Counted from the stretch's first letter, positions 1-11,419 are shown. The stretch: 64,000 nt of DNA from a virus (IMGVR_UViG_3300016474_000093:1417-65416), one strand, 5' to 3'. Notes: a model not told the origin generated them from the sequence alone. A program made the numbers and translations.

Positions 1-1
1 A

Positions 2-1024
2 CCATCATTTGTTCCACGTAGCCCAGAAGAAATTCTAAGATCTATCCAAGGTGAACCTGGGGGCGAAACAGCGGAACAATACGGTAGAAGAGTAGGTCAA
101 TTAAATGTTGAGTCAGCCGGATTTGTTAAACCAGAACCCACTTTAACTATTAAGCAAGCTATGGAAAGGGCTAAAGAAGCTGATAAAGAAGCTGGTGTTG
201 ATCCTGAGTTCTTTAAGAAATTACAAAATCGTATAGACACTATGCGGGGTGAAGCTGAAACGGATAAAACACAGGCAGCTAACATGCGGCTTCTTGAGGC
301 TGGTCTTAACATACTTGGTGGAACCTCACCTTTTGCTCTTGTAAATATTGGTAAAGGTGCGTCCGAAGCTGTTAAAGGATTTGGTCAAGACCTTAAAGAA
401 TATCAAAAAGCTCGCAGAGAACTTGATAAAGCAGCTATTGAACTTCAGACATCTGAACAAAACGCTGCTAGAACTCAATCAGCCAAAGCTCTTGATATGG
501 TTGATAAATCTCAAACTCGATTTGAAAATGCTACAAATAAAGTTGCTGAAGCAAAATTAAATGCCACTAATAGTGCTACTAGTGTGTTTATGGCTCGTGA
601 ACAGTTAGAAAGTGGCGAAAGAAGAACCGCCGCTGAAATAGGTTCTAGAGATCGACAAATTGCAGCTCAGTTAGCACAGTCTGATAGACAAATAGCAGAA
701 AGTAGAACCGCTAGACTGGAAGCCTTAAACCTTGCACAAGATCAAAAATTTGTCGAAGGGTTAACAAAAGCGGAACAAGCTGCTACTAGTCCGTATGATG
801 CTCGTATTAAAGTTGTAGAAACAGCTTTAAGCAACCCGACAGCGGCTATTACTCCTAATTTTATAAAAGAACAGCAAGCTAAAATTGACGAACTTATTGC
901 TCAAAGAGCAGCGGCTGCAAATCTTGCTAGAGCAAAATATATAGATGCTCGTAGAACCGGTAGACCTACACAAAACAATGCTGTTTTATCCGCTGCTGAT
1001 AGAATTGCTGGAGTAGGAAGATAA
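2..1024 (+). CDS. Internal virion/ejection protein, coiled-coil, 5'-truncated by window edge
   Basis: Frame of ORF 161..1024 is open back to position 2 (PSFVPRSPEE...). Ala/Gln/Glu-rich helical sequence with a hydrophobic GLNILGGTSPFALVNIG segment, directly upstream of the giant virion protein. Confidence 0.6.
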   Translation, partial: PSFVPRSPEEILRSIQGEPGGETAEQYGRRVGQLNVESAGFVKPEPTLTIKQAMERAKEADKEAGVDPEFFKKLQNRIDTMRGEAETDKTQAANMRLLEAGLNILGGTSPFALVNIGKGASEAVKGFGQDLKEYQKARRELDKAAIELQTSEQNAARTQSAKALDMVDKSQTRFENATNKVAEAKLNATNSATSVFMAREQLESGERRTAAEIGSRDRQIAAQLAQSDRQIAESRTARLEALNLAQDQKFVEGLTKAEQAATSPYDARIKVVETALSNPTAAITPNFIKEQQAKIDELIAQRAAAANLARAKYIDARRTGRPTQNNAVLSAADRIAGVGR

Positions 1025-1025
1025 A

Positions 1026-4000
1026 ATGGATCGGCTATCTGCTTATGCAAAATGGTTGGTTGAAAACGAAGATAAAAAAGGCTCGCCTGATTTTGAAACG
1101 GTGGCGAATGCCTATAGGTCTTTGAGAGGGCAACCAACCGATTCTCTCGCAGAAGCCCAACGTGTTTATGATGAGCTTCATAAACCTAAAGAACAACCAG
1201 CGGCAGAGCCAAGGCCAGAAAAACAGTCCTTCTTACGACAAGTAGCAGACGTACCTATTGGTATAGCACGCGGTGCCGCGCAGGGTATCCGCATGATTGC
1301 GGATGCTTTTGGGCCAGATAATGTTGTATCGCAAGCCTACCGTGGTATGGAGGATATGCTGGGTGAGTTGTACTCGGCACAGGCTAAGAATGACCAGAAG
1401 AAGATAGCCCAGATCATGAAAGATGCCGAAGATAAAGGCATCGGTGATCAGCTTATTGCCGCAGTTAAGGCTTTTGGTACTGCGCCTGTTGATATACTTT
1501 CTCAAGCTCTTGGCACTGCCGCGCCAATTGTTGCTGGTGGACTTCTTGGTTCAGTCGCTAGATTAGGAGCAGCAGGTGTTGGTGCAGTACAGACTGGACT
1601 CGGCGCGGCGATGGGTGCAGGTACTGTCAAAGGTACGATCTACGAAGCTGTTAAAAGTGCGCTCACAGATTCTGGTGAAGATCCTAAAGTTGCCGAGCAA
1701 AAAGCTCGTGAGGCTCAATCCTATACAGGCGAAAACTGGGGCCAAGTTTTAGCAGGCACAGTGCTTGGTGGTATAGCTGGCAAATTTGGTGCTGAAGATC
1801 TTCTACTAAAACGCTTTACTCAAAAGGCAGCGCAAGAAGGTGCTGAAGCTATGGCACCTGGGGTGCTACGTCGCTCACTTACAGCAGGGGCAACTGAAGC
1901 TGTGCCTGAGATGGCGCAAGCTGGTCAAGAACAATTAGCTGAAAATGTTGCGCTGCAACGTGCAGGCTTTGACGTTCCCACGTTTAGAGGGGTTGCAGGA
2001 CAAGCAGCCCTTGAAGGTTTGGCAGGTGCAGGACTCGGTGCCGGGTTGGGCGCATTGCCTGGGACTACGCCGCGTGACCAACAAGCTGAAGAGTTTCGTC
2101 GTACGTTAAAAGACCAAGAACAAGAAACGACGACTGAAGAAACTGAAGAAACTGACGAAGCTCAGAAGAAAGCTAAGAAGTTAAAGCTTGAAGATCTTGA
2201 TCCTGCACAAGTTCAAACTACGCTCAAAGACTTAGAAAGATTCACGATTGACCCAGAAGCCCTAAAAGAAAGGGGCGTTAAGAATGAGATCAAGAATAGT
2301 CTTCGTCTTTTAGGCTTGCCTGAAACGCAAGTTAAAGGTTTTTTACGCGCCAAAAATAACCAAGAATTAGTCAATGCACTGACTAAATTTTTGACGCCTA
2401 AACCAGACACAGAGGAGAAACAAGGTGAGCAACTTGACCAACTTGACAAACAAACAAGTGGAACAAGCACTGATCTATCTGTCGGACCCGGAGGTGAAAC
2501 CGTTACCGGAAGAGCTGCACCACCTTCTACCGGCGGAATGGGGAGTGCTACAGATGCTTCTCAGCAGGTTGGAATGGGAGCGCAACAACTTGACACTGCA
2601 TTAATAGAAAAACTAAAAGTTACTCTTCCAACAATGACGGATGAGCAGCTTGATGATTTAGCAATAAAAGCTTATATGGGTGGAATGCCCAAAGTAGGCG
2701 CTTTTATAATGGAAGAAGTTAAAAAACGACAAGGAGCCATTAGTGCCGCTACGCCCCCTGAAGCCCAGCAAAAAGAAGAAGCAAGAGCAGAAGCGCCTGC
2801 TCAAGGAGCAGCAGTGGCAGCTCAACAAGCAGCCAAACCTCCTTCAAGCACAATTAACTCAGAAGCCGAAGCAAGAGCTAAAAAATTATTAGATGACGAT
2901 GAGGATTTTTTCATAGCTCAAGCTACTAGAGTAGGTACTACTAGAAAAGCAGTTGACAGATTAAGTGAAATGCAAGGTCTCTTGAAAGAGAACTTGACTG
3001 AAGAAACCCGACAGGCTGTTGCTGAACGAGTTAATAAAATTTCTGCGGAAGTGCAAAGAGGTAAAGCTGAGGTTAGGCAGTACCTTGACGATTTGTTGAC
3101 CGAACCTTCTGCTGGCACGGGCATAGCTTCTGATCTAAAGAAAATAGTGGATCTATATGACGAAGCTAGAGAAGAACTTAACAGGTACGCAAAAGAAGAA
3201 AACCCACAAGCAGCTACGGTTGGGTCTTCGTTTGATGATCTAACCAGAGATGAAAAACAGTATTACATCAATCAGCTAGAAAATAATACGCTTGACGAAG
3301 CTACGACAGCTCTGGAAAACCTTTTAGAATTTTCTGAGCAACGAAACAATTACATCAAAGAGCTAGGGTTAACAAGCTCTGATACTAGGCTAGATACACT
3401 TACCGCGTATGAAACAAATCGGAAAGAAGAAAGCGCTTATCGTGGGGTGTCTTTCCCTGCATGGAACGAACTAACGCCTCAAGAAAGGCAGACATTTGCT
3501 CAAATAGTGCCACGTATAGCAGGTAAGCGTGGGCCGTCTGGCGAAGCTATTACGTCTGGGTTTGCCGCAATTGAACCCACTGTTGCTGAAAGACAAGCAG
3601 ATATTGTCAGGAAAGAGACTGCGGCCAGACAAGTAACAGAAGCTAAACTAAAAGAAAGGGTAGAAAGAGAACGTGATGTTTCTGGGCTAAAAAGTCCACT
3701 GCCAGATGATATTAAACAAGATGTTATGGCAGGTAACTCAGATAAATTAATTGACTACTTGAGTAAGTCAGCTAAAGGACCAATTACTGAAACTGCTGAA
3801 CAAGCTAGAGACCGTAGAAAAAATAGACCAGGAGAAATCCAACCGTCTACAAGTCCGTTTCGTGCGGTTATTAATAGGATACTTGCTAACGTACTTAAGC
3901 CTTTAGTATCAAATGTCAAAATAAAGTATATACCTGAAAGTGATCTATCGGCTAATGGTCGCCCTAAAGACTTTATTGCGTCTTATGATCCAAAGACAAA

Positions 4001-7000
4001 TACTGTATATGTTACTGATCGTGGGTTAAATGAAACCGCTTTACTGCATGAGTATGTCCATGCGGCTACGATTCAATCTATATTTAAATATCTTAATGGT
4101 CGTCGGGGGGAACTTTCACCTGGGCAGCAACGCGGAGTTGCTGCAATCATTAAGATGTACAACCAATTAAAGAATAATACCACGTTAGGTAAAAAATATC
4201 CTACAGCGTTTTCAAACATCTATGAATTCGTTTCTTATGGCTTAACTGATCCTAGGCTAGAAAACGATCTTAGACGTATGAAAAGCGCAGCGTTTGCTCT
4301 TTACACTGACTTTGTTGAAGAAACGGAACCAAAAGACACCGACGTTATAAAAGAAATTGGTTACGCTCGTTATTTAGACCAAAAGAAAAAAGAGCCTGAA
4401 ATTGAGGTCAATGTTTGGCAACGTTTTGCTAAGTCGGTGGCTGATGCAATTGGGCTTACATACAGATATTCTAAACTTATTGTAAACAAACTTACTAAAG
4501 ACGAAGTAAAAGAACTTAAAAAATCCTACACGCAAGCTAAACAAAGTGATCTTATTCAGCAACTAGAGCAGGGTATAAAAGAAATTGAAGACGTAGAGCC
4601 TTCAGAAAATCTTGCGCAAACTGAAAAAGAATATAAAAAGCTAACTAAAAAAATTGATGAAAGCCTTAGAAAGCTACGCGCCTTTCTGTCGCAAGGGCTT
4701 GGAAAAGGCGAAACAGCAAGCTATGAAAACATTTCAACAGAAGAAGCTCAACAAAAAATAAATGAAATTAACAAGTCTGTCGTTACAACTGATCCTGCTG
4801 AAAAAGCTAAGTTTATAAACGAATATAAATCTCGCATCGAGAACAAATACAAAACTGATAAGCAGGTTGAAGATGCTTACTATAGAAGCGGTAGAATTAC
4901 TAGGAAACCATTTACTACAGAACAAGCTAATGAAATTAAGCGACTAGAAACAATTGTACAGATTAATAATCTTGAGGCGGATAAAAATCGAATAGCTGGT
5001 GATTTAAGTATATCGCCGTTGCTTACAGACATTGACTTTTCAAAAGTCACAACAATTGATCCTGGTTACCTTGGTAATGCTTTCGTAGAACTTATATCAG
5101 CATTTGAGGAAATTGCTTCTGCGCCTGAAACCATTCCTGACTTTAGATTACAAGAGGTTAGGAAAAACGAAAAAGGCGAATACATGGTTTACAAAGTTGG
5201 TAAACCAGAACAAGAAGAATTACTTATAACTGATGCCGAGGCTGAAAAAACTATCAAAGAAACGGGTAATCGTCTTGTGTCAAAGATGGAAGCTGAAAAG
5301 CCGACACTTGCCACAAAAACTCGTGCGCTTAAAGATGCTTTTAATAAAGATGGTCGTACAAGAATTATTGAGCAAGCACAAAACTATAGGTATAGAGTTG
5401 ATCGTATAAATAATATTTTACGTAGAGTTGGTAAATTAATATCGTTTGGCAAAGACCAAAACAACTTGGGTACGGCCTTAGCTACATCAGCAGGCCGTGC
5501 GGAAAACGCATACCAAAAGCATTTTTATACAGACATCAGTAAGGCCAATGACATGTTGGCCGATTTAGCTAAATCTATGAGCATCACAGTACAAGATGCT
5601 TTAGCTCGCTTACACATGTATGCAATTCACTTGCATGACCCAGAACGTAGAAAAATTAAATACCTGCGGGAAGTACCCCTTACTGATAACCAAGCAGTTA
5701 GGGATCGTGACAGCATCATAAAAGACGTAATTAAAATAGACCGAAATAAATTGGGCGACGCTGCGGCTAAACAAGAAGCTCAAAAACTGCTTGCAAAGTT
5801 GGAAGCACTTGTGGCGGCAAAGGGGGTTAAAACTTCTCCACTATTTGATATGAACAACGAAGCCTACAACACACTAGGCCCGTATAGCTTAGATCAAATA
5901 GAGGCATTTGGTCGTGCGTTTAGCGGCGACAATAAAACTAAAGCTGAAAAACTTATAGACGTACTTCAAAAGATTGAACAGACAACGATTGACCTTAACA
6001 AAAAATCAAACTACTTTTCACCGCCAGTACAGAACTTAGTTGATTTCTATGACTTTAAGTTTTACTTCCCGTTTAAGGGTAGACCTGATACTGGGCCTTC
6101 TGACTATCAATTAGATTACTTTGGACAAAACGTTGGTGGGGATCTTCAAGACAAACAAGAAGCTTTTGATGGTCGTATCACTGATGCAGATAACCCAATC
6201 CTGAATGTTCTTAATGAAGCTAGCAAATCCGCCATGCGTCTTGGTAGGCATGAGGCTGGGGTTACGCTTTCAATTAAAAACCTAATAGACTCAAAAATAA
6301 TCAGTGGTAAGCCTGTAAAGACAGTTTCGTTTGAACAGAGATTTGACAACAAACTTAATGAAGAACTTAAACGTGGCGTAAAAAATATATTTCATTATTT
6401 GCCCGACGGTAAAATTCAAATTTATGAAATCAACGATAGGCAAATGCTTGAGGCTATCAAGCGCCCGTTACGTGATGACAATTGGTTTATTGATAGTGTA
6501 GGTAAAGCCACAAGTTTCTTCGGCCAGATGCACACCCGCTACAACCCAGCGTTTGCGCCAATGGACTTTTTGCGTAACTTATTTACCTATGCAGGGGTGC
6601 TTGGTGCTGAGACTTCTGGCAAACGTGGACTACAAGTGATGTCTGAAATGGCTAGCATCTTAGCTACTAACGGCTTTACTAAAACTGCCAAATACTCACT
6701 TGCATTTAGTCGTGGTAACAAAGCTGAGATGGCTCGACTTGCCAACCTTGATCCTTTCTATAAAGATCTTAATGAGTACTACGAACTAGGTGGTCGAGTG
6801 GCATACCTGCAAGGTATTACCATTAAAGATAATCTTACTGATGCAGTCAACGCGGCAGACCAAAACGGTGTCATCAAGTCTTTAAGCGGGGCAAATAAAT
6901 TCTTTGATGCTTGGCTTGACATGTTTGAGATGTCCACTCGCATCGCCGCTTACCGTACGATGCGGGATCAGTTTGTAGCTGAAGGAATGTCACTTGAACA

Positions 7001-8318
7001 AGCAAAAATTGAAGCTGTTGCTTACGCTAAAAACCTTGCTAACTTTGAAAAGACAGGCATCAGGGGTAAAGAACTTGGCGCGTTTTTCATGTTCTTCAGG
7101 CCAGCAGCCACAGGTGCAGTACGCGCTTACGAAGCCTTGTCCCCAGCTCTTGACTATTTCAAATCCGACGAAGAACTCAAAAAGATAGTTAAGAAAGAAG
7201 CTGAAGATGTTGGTAAGTTAACCGACGCTGACATCAACAAGCTTGTCAAAGAATATCGCAACAGAACTAAGAGTGCTGCTACTGTGTCAGCTACTCTGTT
7301 TGGTGTCGGCGCGGCAACGTTCATGATGGCAGCAGCTATGGCTGGCGATGATGACGAAGGTAGGAACAAAGTCTTAACCGACGATACCGCACGGTGGGTA
7401 CGTAGTGCTCGATTCAATACCGGCCTACAGTCAGGCGGCAAAGATATTGTTTTGCAATTACCTTGGGGCTTTGGCCCCGGCGCTTTTGCATCAGTAGGTG
7501 CTCAGATCGCAGCCTTTGCATCAGGTTCGCAGTCATTCGGTCAGTTCATCAACAACGTCTTGGATGCTGGTGCTGAATCCTTCATGCCTATCCCGATTTC
7601 CAAGATCAACAAGTTTGAGCATCCTGTAGAAGCCGCTCTTGACTCTGTACTCCCCAGTGCATTGAAGCCTCTCTTTGAGTGGGCGATGAACATGGATGGT
7701 CTTGGCCGCGAGATTTACAACAACAGGCAGTCACGGAACAGTGATGCCTACACAGGCGGTGACAATATCCCAGAGTTTTTCAAAGATGCTGCCCGTCTGT
7801 TGTACAACATGTCAGACGGTAAGATCGACGTGTCCCCCAACACGATGTACTTCTTCGCCAACAACTACCTTGATGGCGTTTCTCGTCTTGCATCCTGGAG
7901 CTACAACACGGCGCATACAGTTGCCGGTAACCGAGACTTTGACTTCAAGACCGATACGCTTTTGCTCGATGCCTATCTGAAAGCTCCGTCTAACTACGAC
8001 GCACGGCAGTTCAGTGAAGTTGAGAAAGAAATTAAGGACCTTGAACGACGTTATCGTGCCTATACTTCAAGCGGCGATGCGGAGCGGATAGCTGACTATT
8101 TCCAAGAACATCCTTACGACAAGTCAGTTATCGACTACTACAACAAGTTCAACGGGCAGTTAAACAAGTTGCGTGAGCTTGCCAACAAGACAAGGACTAA
8201 TACAAACCTTACGATCAAAGAAAGGCAAGACCAAGTCCGCGTTTTGATTGATAACCAGAACAAGTTGAAATCAGCCTTTGTGCAGTCCGTTGCCGCGTAC
8301 GGTATTGAGCCAGACTAA
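1026..8318 (+). CDS. Large (2430 aa) internal virion/ejection protein of polyvalent type, with zincin-like HExxH motif and LPD38-like C-terminus
   Basis: Gly/Ala-rich hydrophobic N-terminal segments; YDPKTNTVYV...LLHEYVH motif (4047-4061); C-terminal LQLPWGFG/NMDGLGREIY region resembling LPD38; last gene of the late operon. Confidence 0.7.
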   Translation: MDRLSAYAKWLVENEDKKGSPDFETVANAYRSLRGQPTDSLAEAQRVYDELHKPKEQPAAEPRPEKQSFLRQVADVPIGIARGAAQGIRMIADAFGPDNVVSQAYRGMEDMLGELYSAQAKNDQKKIAQIMKDAEDKGIGDQLIAAVKAFGTAPVDILSQALGTAAPIVAGGLLGSVARLGAAGVGAVQTGLGAAMGAGTVKGTIYEAVKSALTDSGEDPKVAEQKAREAQSYTGENWGQVLAGTVLGGIAGKFGAEDLLLKRFTQKAAQEGAEAMAPGVLRRSLTAGATEAVPEMAQAGQEQLAENVALQRAGFDVPTFRGVAGQAALEGLAGAGLGAGLGALPGTTPRDQQAEEFRRTLKDQEQETTTEETEETDEAQKKAKKLKLEDLDPAQVQTTLKDLERFTIDPEALKERGVKNEIKNSLRLLGLPETQVKGFLRAKNNQELVNALTKFLTPKPDTEEKQGEQLDQLDKQTSGTSTDLSVGPGGETVTGRAAPPSTGGMGSATDASQQVGMGAQQLDTALIEKLKVTLPTMTDEQLDDLAIKAYMGGMPKVGAFIMEEVKKRQGAISAATPPEAQQKEEARAEAPAQGAAVAAQQAAKPPSSTINSEAEARAKKLLDDDEDFFIAQATRVGTTRKAVDRLSEMQGLLKENLTEETRQAVAERVNKISAEVQRGKAEVRQYLDDLLTEPSAGTGIASDLKKIVDLYDEAREELNRYAKEENPQAATVGSSFDDLTRDEKQYYINQLENNTLDEATTALENLLEFSEQRNNYIKELGLTSSDTRLDTLTAYETNRKEESAYRGVSFPAWNELTPQERQTFAQIVPRIAGKRGPSGEAITSGFAAIEPTVAERQADIVRKETAARQVTEAKLKERVERERDVSGLKSPLPDDIKQDVMAGNSDKLIDYLSKSAKGPITETAEQARDRRKNRPGEIQPSTSPFRAVINRILANVLKPLVSNVKIKYIPESDLSANGRPKDFIASYDPKTNTVYVTDRGLNETALLHEYVHAATIQSIFKYLNGRRGELSPGQQRGVAAIIKMYNQLKNNTTLGKKYPTAFSNIYEFVSYGLTDPRLENDLRRMKSAAFALYTDFVEETEPKDTDVIKEIGYARYLDQKKKEPEIEVNVWQRFAKSVADAIGLTYRYSKLIVNKLTKDEVKELKKSYTQAKQSDLIQQLEQGIKEIEDVEPSENLAQTEKEYKKLTKKIDESLRKLRAFLSQGLGKGETASYENISTEEAQQKINEINKSVVTTDPAEKAKFINEYKSRIENKYKTDKQVEDAYYRSGRITRKPFTTEQANEIKRLETIVQINNLEADKNRIAGDLSISPLLTDIDFSKVTTIDPGYLGNAFVELISAFEEIASAPETIPDFRLQEVRKNEKGEYMVYKVGKPEQEELLITDAEAEKTIKETGNRLVSKMEAEKPTLATKTRALKDAFNKDGRTRIIEQAQNYRYRVDRINNILRRVGKLISFGKDQNNLGTALATSAGRAENAYQKHFYTDISKANDMLADLAKSMSITVQDALARLHMYAIHLHDPERRKIKYLREVPLTDNQAVRDRDSIIKDVIKIDRNKLGDAAAKQEAQKLLAKLEALVAAKGVKTSPLFDMNNEAYNTLGPYSLDQIEAFGRAFSGDNKTKAEKLIDVLQKIEQTTIDLNKKSNYFSPPVQNLVDFYDFKFYFPFKGRPDTGPSDYQLDYFGQNVGGDLQDKQEAFDGRITDADNPILNVLNEASKSAMRLGRHEAGVTLSIKNLIDSKIISGKPVKTVSFEQRFDNKLNEELKRGVKNIFHYLPDGKIQIYEINDRQMLEAIKRPLRDDNWFIDSVGKATSFFGQMHTRYNPAFAPMDFLRNLFTYAGVLGAETSGKRGLQVMSEMASILATNGFTKTAKYSLAFSRGNKAEMARLANLDPFYKDLNEYYELGGRVAYLQGITIKDNLTDAVNAADQNGVIKSLSGANKFFDAWLDMFEMSTRIAAYRTMRDQFVAEGMSLEQAKIEAVAYAKNLANFEKTGIRGKELGAFFMFFRPAATGAVRAYEALSPALDYFKSDEELKKIVKKEAEDVGKLTDADINKLVKEYRNRTKSAATVSATLFGVGAATFMMAAAMAGDDDEGRNKVLTDDTARWVRSARFNTGLQSGGKDIVLQLPWGFGPGAFASVGAQIAAFASGSQSFGQFINNVLDAGAESFMPIPISKINKFEHPVEAALDSVLPSALKPLFEWAMNMDGLGREIYNNRQSRNSDAYTGGDNIPEFFKDAARLLYNMSDGKIDVSPNTMYFFANNYLDGVSRLASWSYNTAHTVAGNRDFDFKTDTLLLDAYLKAPSNYDARQFSEVEKEIKDLERRYRAYTSSGDAERIADYFQEHPYDKSVIDYYNKFNGQLNKLRELANKTRTNTNLTIKERQDQVRVLIDNQNKLKSAFVQSVAAYGIEPD

Positions 8319-8509
8319 GCCAACCGCCAGCACCGTACGCCCAGCACGCCATCTTCTACAACTGTGTAGCACTTTACCCGCACACCTGCTCGCTTAGATG
8401 TTTCGTCAATGACATGGTGGGTGTTAGCGATATGGACGGTAGGTATGAAAAAGCTCTCACCTACCTCCATAAACTCGTAGGGCAGAATCCACTCTGGTTC
8501 TTCAACCAC
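8315..8509 (-). CDS. Small hypothetical protein (64 aa)
   Basis: GTG at 8509 with GAGG upstream, overlapping the primase stop; the annotated extension to 8695 lies inside the primase gene. Confidence 0.65.
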   Translation of the reverse strand: MVEEPEWILPYEFMEVGESFFIPTVHIANTHHVIDETSKRAGVRVKCYTVVEDGVLGVRCWRLA

Positions 8510-11402
8510 AGGACAAGTCCTCTTCAAAGAGGTCGGACACATCCAGCTTAAACTCGTACCCGTGGATGTTGGATACGTTGAACTTCCACCCTGCACCAAA
8601 CCGCAACTTATACGGCGATACCATCTCTGTTGTGCCGTCCTTCCTCTTGATTCGTCCCTTGTTGAGAACGCCCTTGTGCAGTAGCTCTCCTTCAAACCCA
8701 GGGATGTTGATCTGTAGTTTCTCTAGATGCTCCCGCATGGCAGATGAGGATACAAACACCCTGCCTGTATCAACCTCCACACGAATCAGCAGCTTGTCAC
8801 CTCTTGGCTCCATCACAACTTTGCCGTTGTTAATCATCAGTATCGAATTCATATTGTTGGCTATGTATTCGTTGATGATGTCCTCGTAAGACTTCTTAGT
8901 CCTACGCTCTTGGTAGTGCATGTCCCAAAGTTCTTTGAGTACGAACTGATAGATTTCCTCAAGGTCATAATCAAGAATCTTATACTTGATAGCTATTTCC
9001 CCTGCGGCAAAAATTGCCGCCAACCCTCCTGTCCAATAGCTGTAGCCCGTGTCATCAACAAAGTCTTTAAGTATGCGTAGCTTCCAATTGGTGACAGTCT
9101 TTTTGGCGTTGTCAATGTTGTACTCGTATAACGCCTTAACAAACATCGGCCCTGCATGACCAAAGTGTTCCTTAAATGGATTGAACAGATGCTGACCTTC
9201 GCTTTCTGTTAGTCCGGGGGGCTTCTTAATATGAAACTCAAGTAAGCGACGAAGTTCACCCTCTGGGTTAGCTTTGCCTGTGGCAAAGAGTTTCTGTCTG
9301 TTCGACTGGTTGGTTGTCATCAGTACAAGCTGGCTTGAACCGTCCGACACCTTGCGCTCTAAGTTATATGAAGTCTGTAGCCTTATCTTCGGTTGCTCGT
9401 TCATAGGCAACTTAAATACGGCATCCGATATGACCTGTGGTTTGAAGTTCGATGTTTCGTCTATACCAACTAGAAGATTGCGTAGTGTCGTAGCCCTCTG
9501 ATAAATACCGTTAGAAGTTGCTCCGTCTTGGGTTGTAATTTTTTGTTTTATAGGATCGCCGAACACACTAAGGCCAGCTTGCAGAGCACCTGTCTTGCCT
9601 GATCCCTTTTCACCCGACAGACTCATAACAAGCCCACCGATATTTGTCATCGGCACAAGTATCGATCCAAACCCAGCGAGTAAAGATAGCCGGTGAATTT
9701 CAAACCCTGGTCTAAGAAATTCTTCAGCAGCCGTGCGCCAACCACCATACGTTCCATTCGGTCTAATGTGAGGCGACACGTTGCGTAGTGAAGGCGACAC
9801 AGGGCACTCAAAGTCACCCTTGGGCGTGATCTCGATGCCACCCGACACGAAGGACTCATAGTTTGCTGAAGTCCAACCCATCTGGATACGCATGTTTTCT
9901 GCTTTTCTCCTGTGAATAAAGTGCGAAGCCCATTTCATAAAATACTCCTTGAGTAATGCAACACCCTTGTCGTTGACCATGATCCCGTTGCTGTACAAAA
10001 ACTCTTTGTACTTGTCAGGCATCCCCAGATAGCGAAGCGGCAAGATATGCTGCGTGTCACCGTCTTGCGGCAATCTGATCATCAGTTGTAATGACTCACC
10101 TTCAAACGGACTTGTCAGTCGTTTGATAGGAACAATGTCATAGGGATAGACTTGATACGGTGCTTGCTGGATGCCGTTCTTGTCTGGTGCTGGTTGGAAA
10201 TAAATGCCACCGTTAGCTGGCCGCATGAAGGGGAACAAGTCAGGTGGGAACTTTAAAAATTCCTTCGGTATAGTCTCGCCGCTTTTTTCTTCTGTGTCGG
10301 TTGGCTCTGCGGGATCATCAGGACTTGGCTCTGCCAACTTAAGTCTGGCAACGATGCCGATTGGCGAGTTTGATCTGACTTTACCTTTGTACGGACATCC
10401 ATCACAACCGCCGGGGTTGAGACCTTCAAAGGCTTCACAGCCGTGTGCCCATCTTGCTTCGGCAAGACTTTGTTGAGCTTTTCGCTCGGTCTTTTCTGGG
10501 GTGTACGTTGGATGTCCCTCGGAGAGGAGATGGATTGCTGTATCAGCATCAACACACCTAGCGGCGACAGATATTCCAGCGTACCACATCGGCTCCTGAC
10601 AAGTAGCTGTGTTTTCGATGATCCATCGGATTTGGTTACATCCGTTTCCTGCGAGAGATTTTTCTGCGAGTTCTCTAAATTCAAATTCATAGTCGTCATA
10701 ACCAAGAAGTTTTTTAGTATCCTCATCAAGTCCACGTTTGACTTGAGCGAGGTCAAATTCAGCCACAGGTTTAGCGACCTCACCAAGACAAGATACGATC
10801 TCATCCAGTGAGTACAAGTTAATATCCGTGATGACTTCAGTTAGTGGCGGGTCAACTGCATCACAATTCTTGCCATAGTTGTAAGTGCCTGGAACCCGCA
10901 AGATCCTTGCTCTGTCGGCTGGCACAGCAGGGTCGATTACCAATCCATGATCAACGCATAATTGCTTGAGTTTCTGTGCGTAGGGTAACCACTCTTTAGT
11001 CGGTATCTCTTCTTTGAGAATCCAATAGACATGAAAGCCATTACCTGAATCAACCACAGTCGGCTCAGGCAACCCCATCTTCTCGACCCAACTGATCACC
11101 GCATCTTGTGCTTCATCCTTTGTTGCGTAGCTGTTCTTCTCTTTACCTACGTCAATATCTAAAAAGAAACTCTTGATATAGAGGGAGTCGTCTGCCGCCC
11201 GTGAGTAGGCTGTTTCAAACGACGACAATGCAAACCAAACATTAGTGTGGGCCTCCTTCTTTGCTTTTTCAATTAACTTATACAACTCTTCTAAAGATGC
11301 GTTTTCAGCAAACCTTTGCCGCATCCTGCTAGGCTCACTCATGGAGCACAAACAATAGTTGCCTTGGCTAGGCAGTATTGCCTCAAGAAATTTTTCGTAC
11401 AT
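8502..11402 (-). CDS. AEP (RepB-type) primase fused to DUF927-like/P-loop helicase
   Basis: FFLDID, VDSGNGFHVYW and RILRVPGT primase-polymerase motifs; central Cys cluster; Walker A SGEKGSGKT and Walker B GIDET. Confidence 0.85.
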   Translation of the reverse strand: MYEKFLEAILPSQGNYCLCSMSEPSRMRQRFAENASLEELYKLIEKAKKEAHTNVWFALSSFETAYSRAADDSLYIKSFFLDIDVGKEKNSYATKDEAQDAVISWVEKMGLPEPTVVDSGNGFHVYWILKEEIPTKEWLPYAQKLKQLCVDHGLVIDPAVPADRARILRVPGTYNYGKNCDAVDPPLTEVITDINLYSLDEIVSCLGEVAKPVAEFDLAQVKRGLDEDTKKLLGYDDYEFEFRELAEKSLAGNGCNQIRWIIENTATCQEPMWYAGISVAARCVDADTAIHLLSEGHPTYTPEKTERKAQQSLAEARWAHGCEAFEGLNPGGCDGCPYKGKVRSNSPIGIVARLKLAEPSPDDPAEPTDTEEKSGETIPKEFLKFPPDLFPFMRPANGGIYFQPAPDKNGIQQAPYQVYPYDIVPIKRLTSPFEGESLQLMIRLPQDGDTQHILPLRYLGMPDKYKEFLYSNGIMVNDKGVALLKEYFMKWASHFIHRRKAENMRIQMGWTSANYESFVSGGIEITPKGDFECPVSPSLRNVSPHIRPNGTYGGWRTAAEEFLRPGFEIHRLSLLAGFGSILVPMTNIGGLVMSLSGEKGSGKTGALQAGLSVFGDPIKQKITTQDGATSNGIYQRATTLRNLLVGIDETSNFKPQVISDAVFKLPMNEQPKIRLQTSYNLERKVSDGSSQLVLMTTNQSNRQKLFATGKANPEGELRRLLEFHIKKPPGLTESEGQHLFNPFKEHFGHAGPMFVKALYEYNIDNAKKTVTNWKLRILKDFVDDTGYSYWTGGLAAIFAAGEIAIKYKILDYDLEEIYQFVLKELWDMHYQERRTKKSYEDIINEYIANNMNSILMINNGKVVMEPRGDKLLIRVEVDTGRVFVSSSAMREHLEKLQINIPGFEGELLHKGVLNKGRIKRKDGTTEMVSPYKLRFGAGWKFNVSNIHGYEFKLDVSDLFEEDLSCG

Positions 11403-11419
11403 GGCAGTAGAGACAATAA

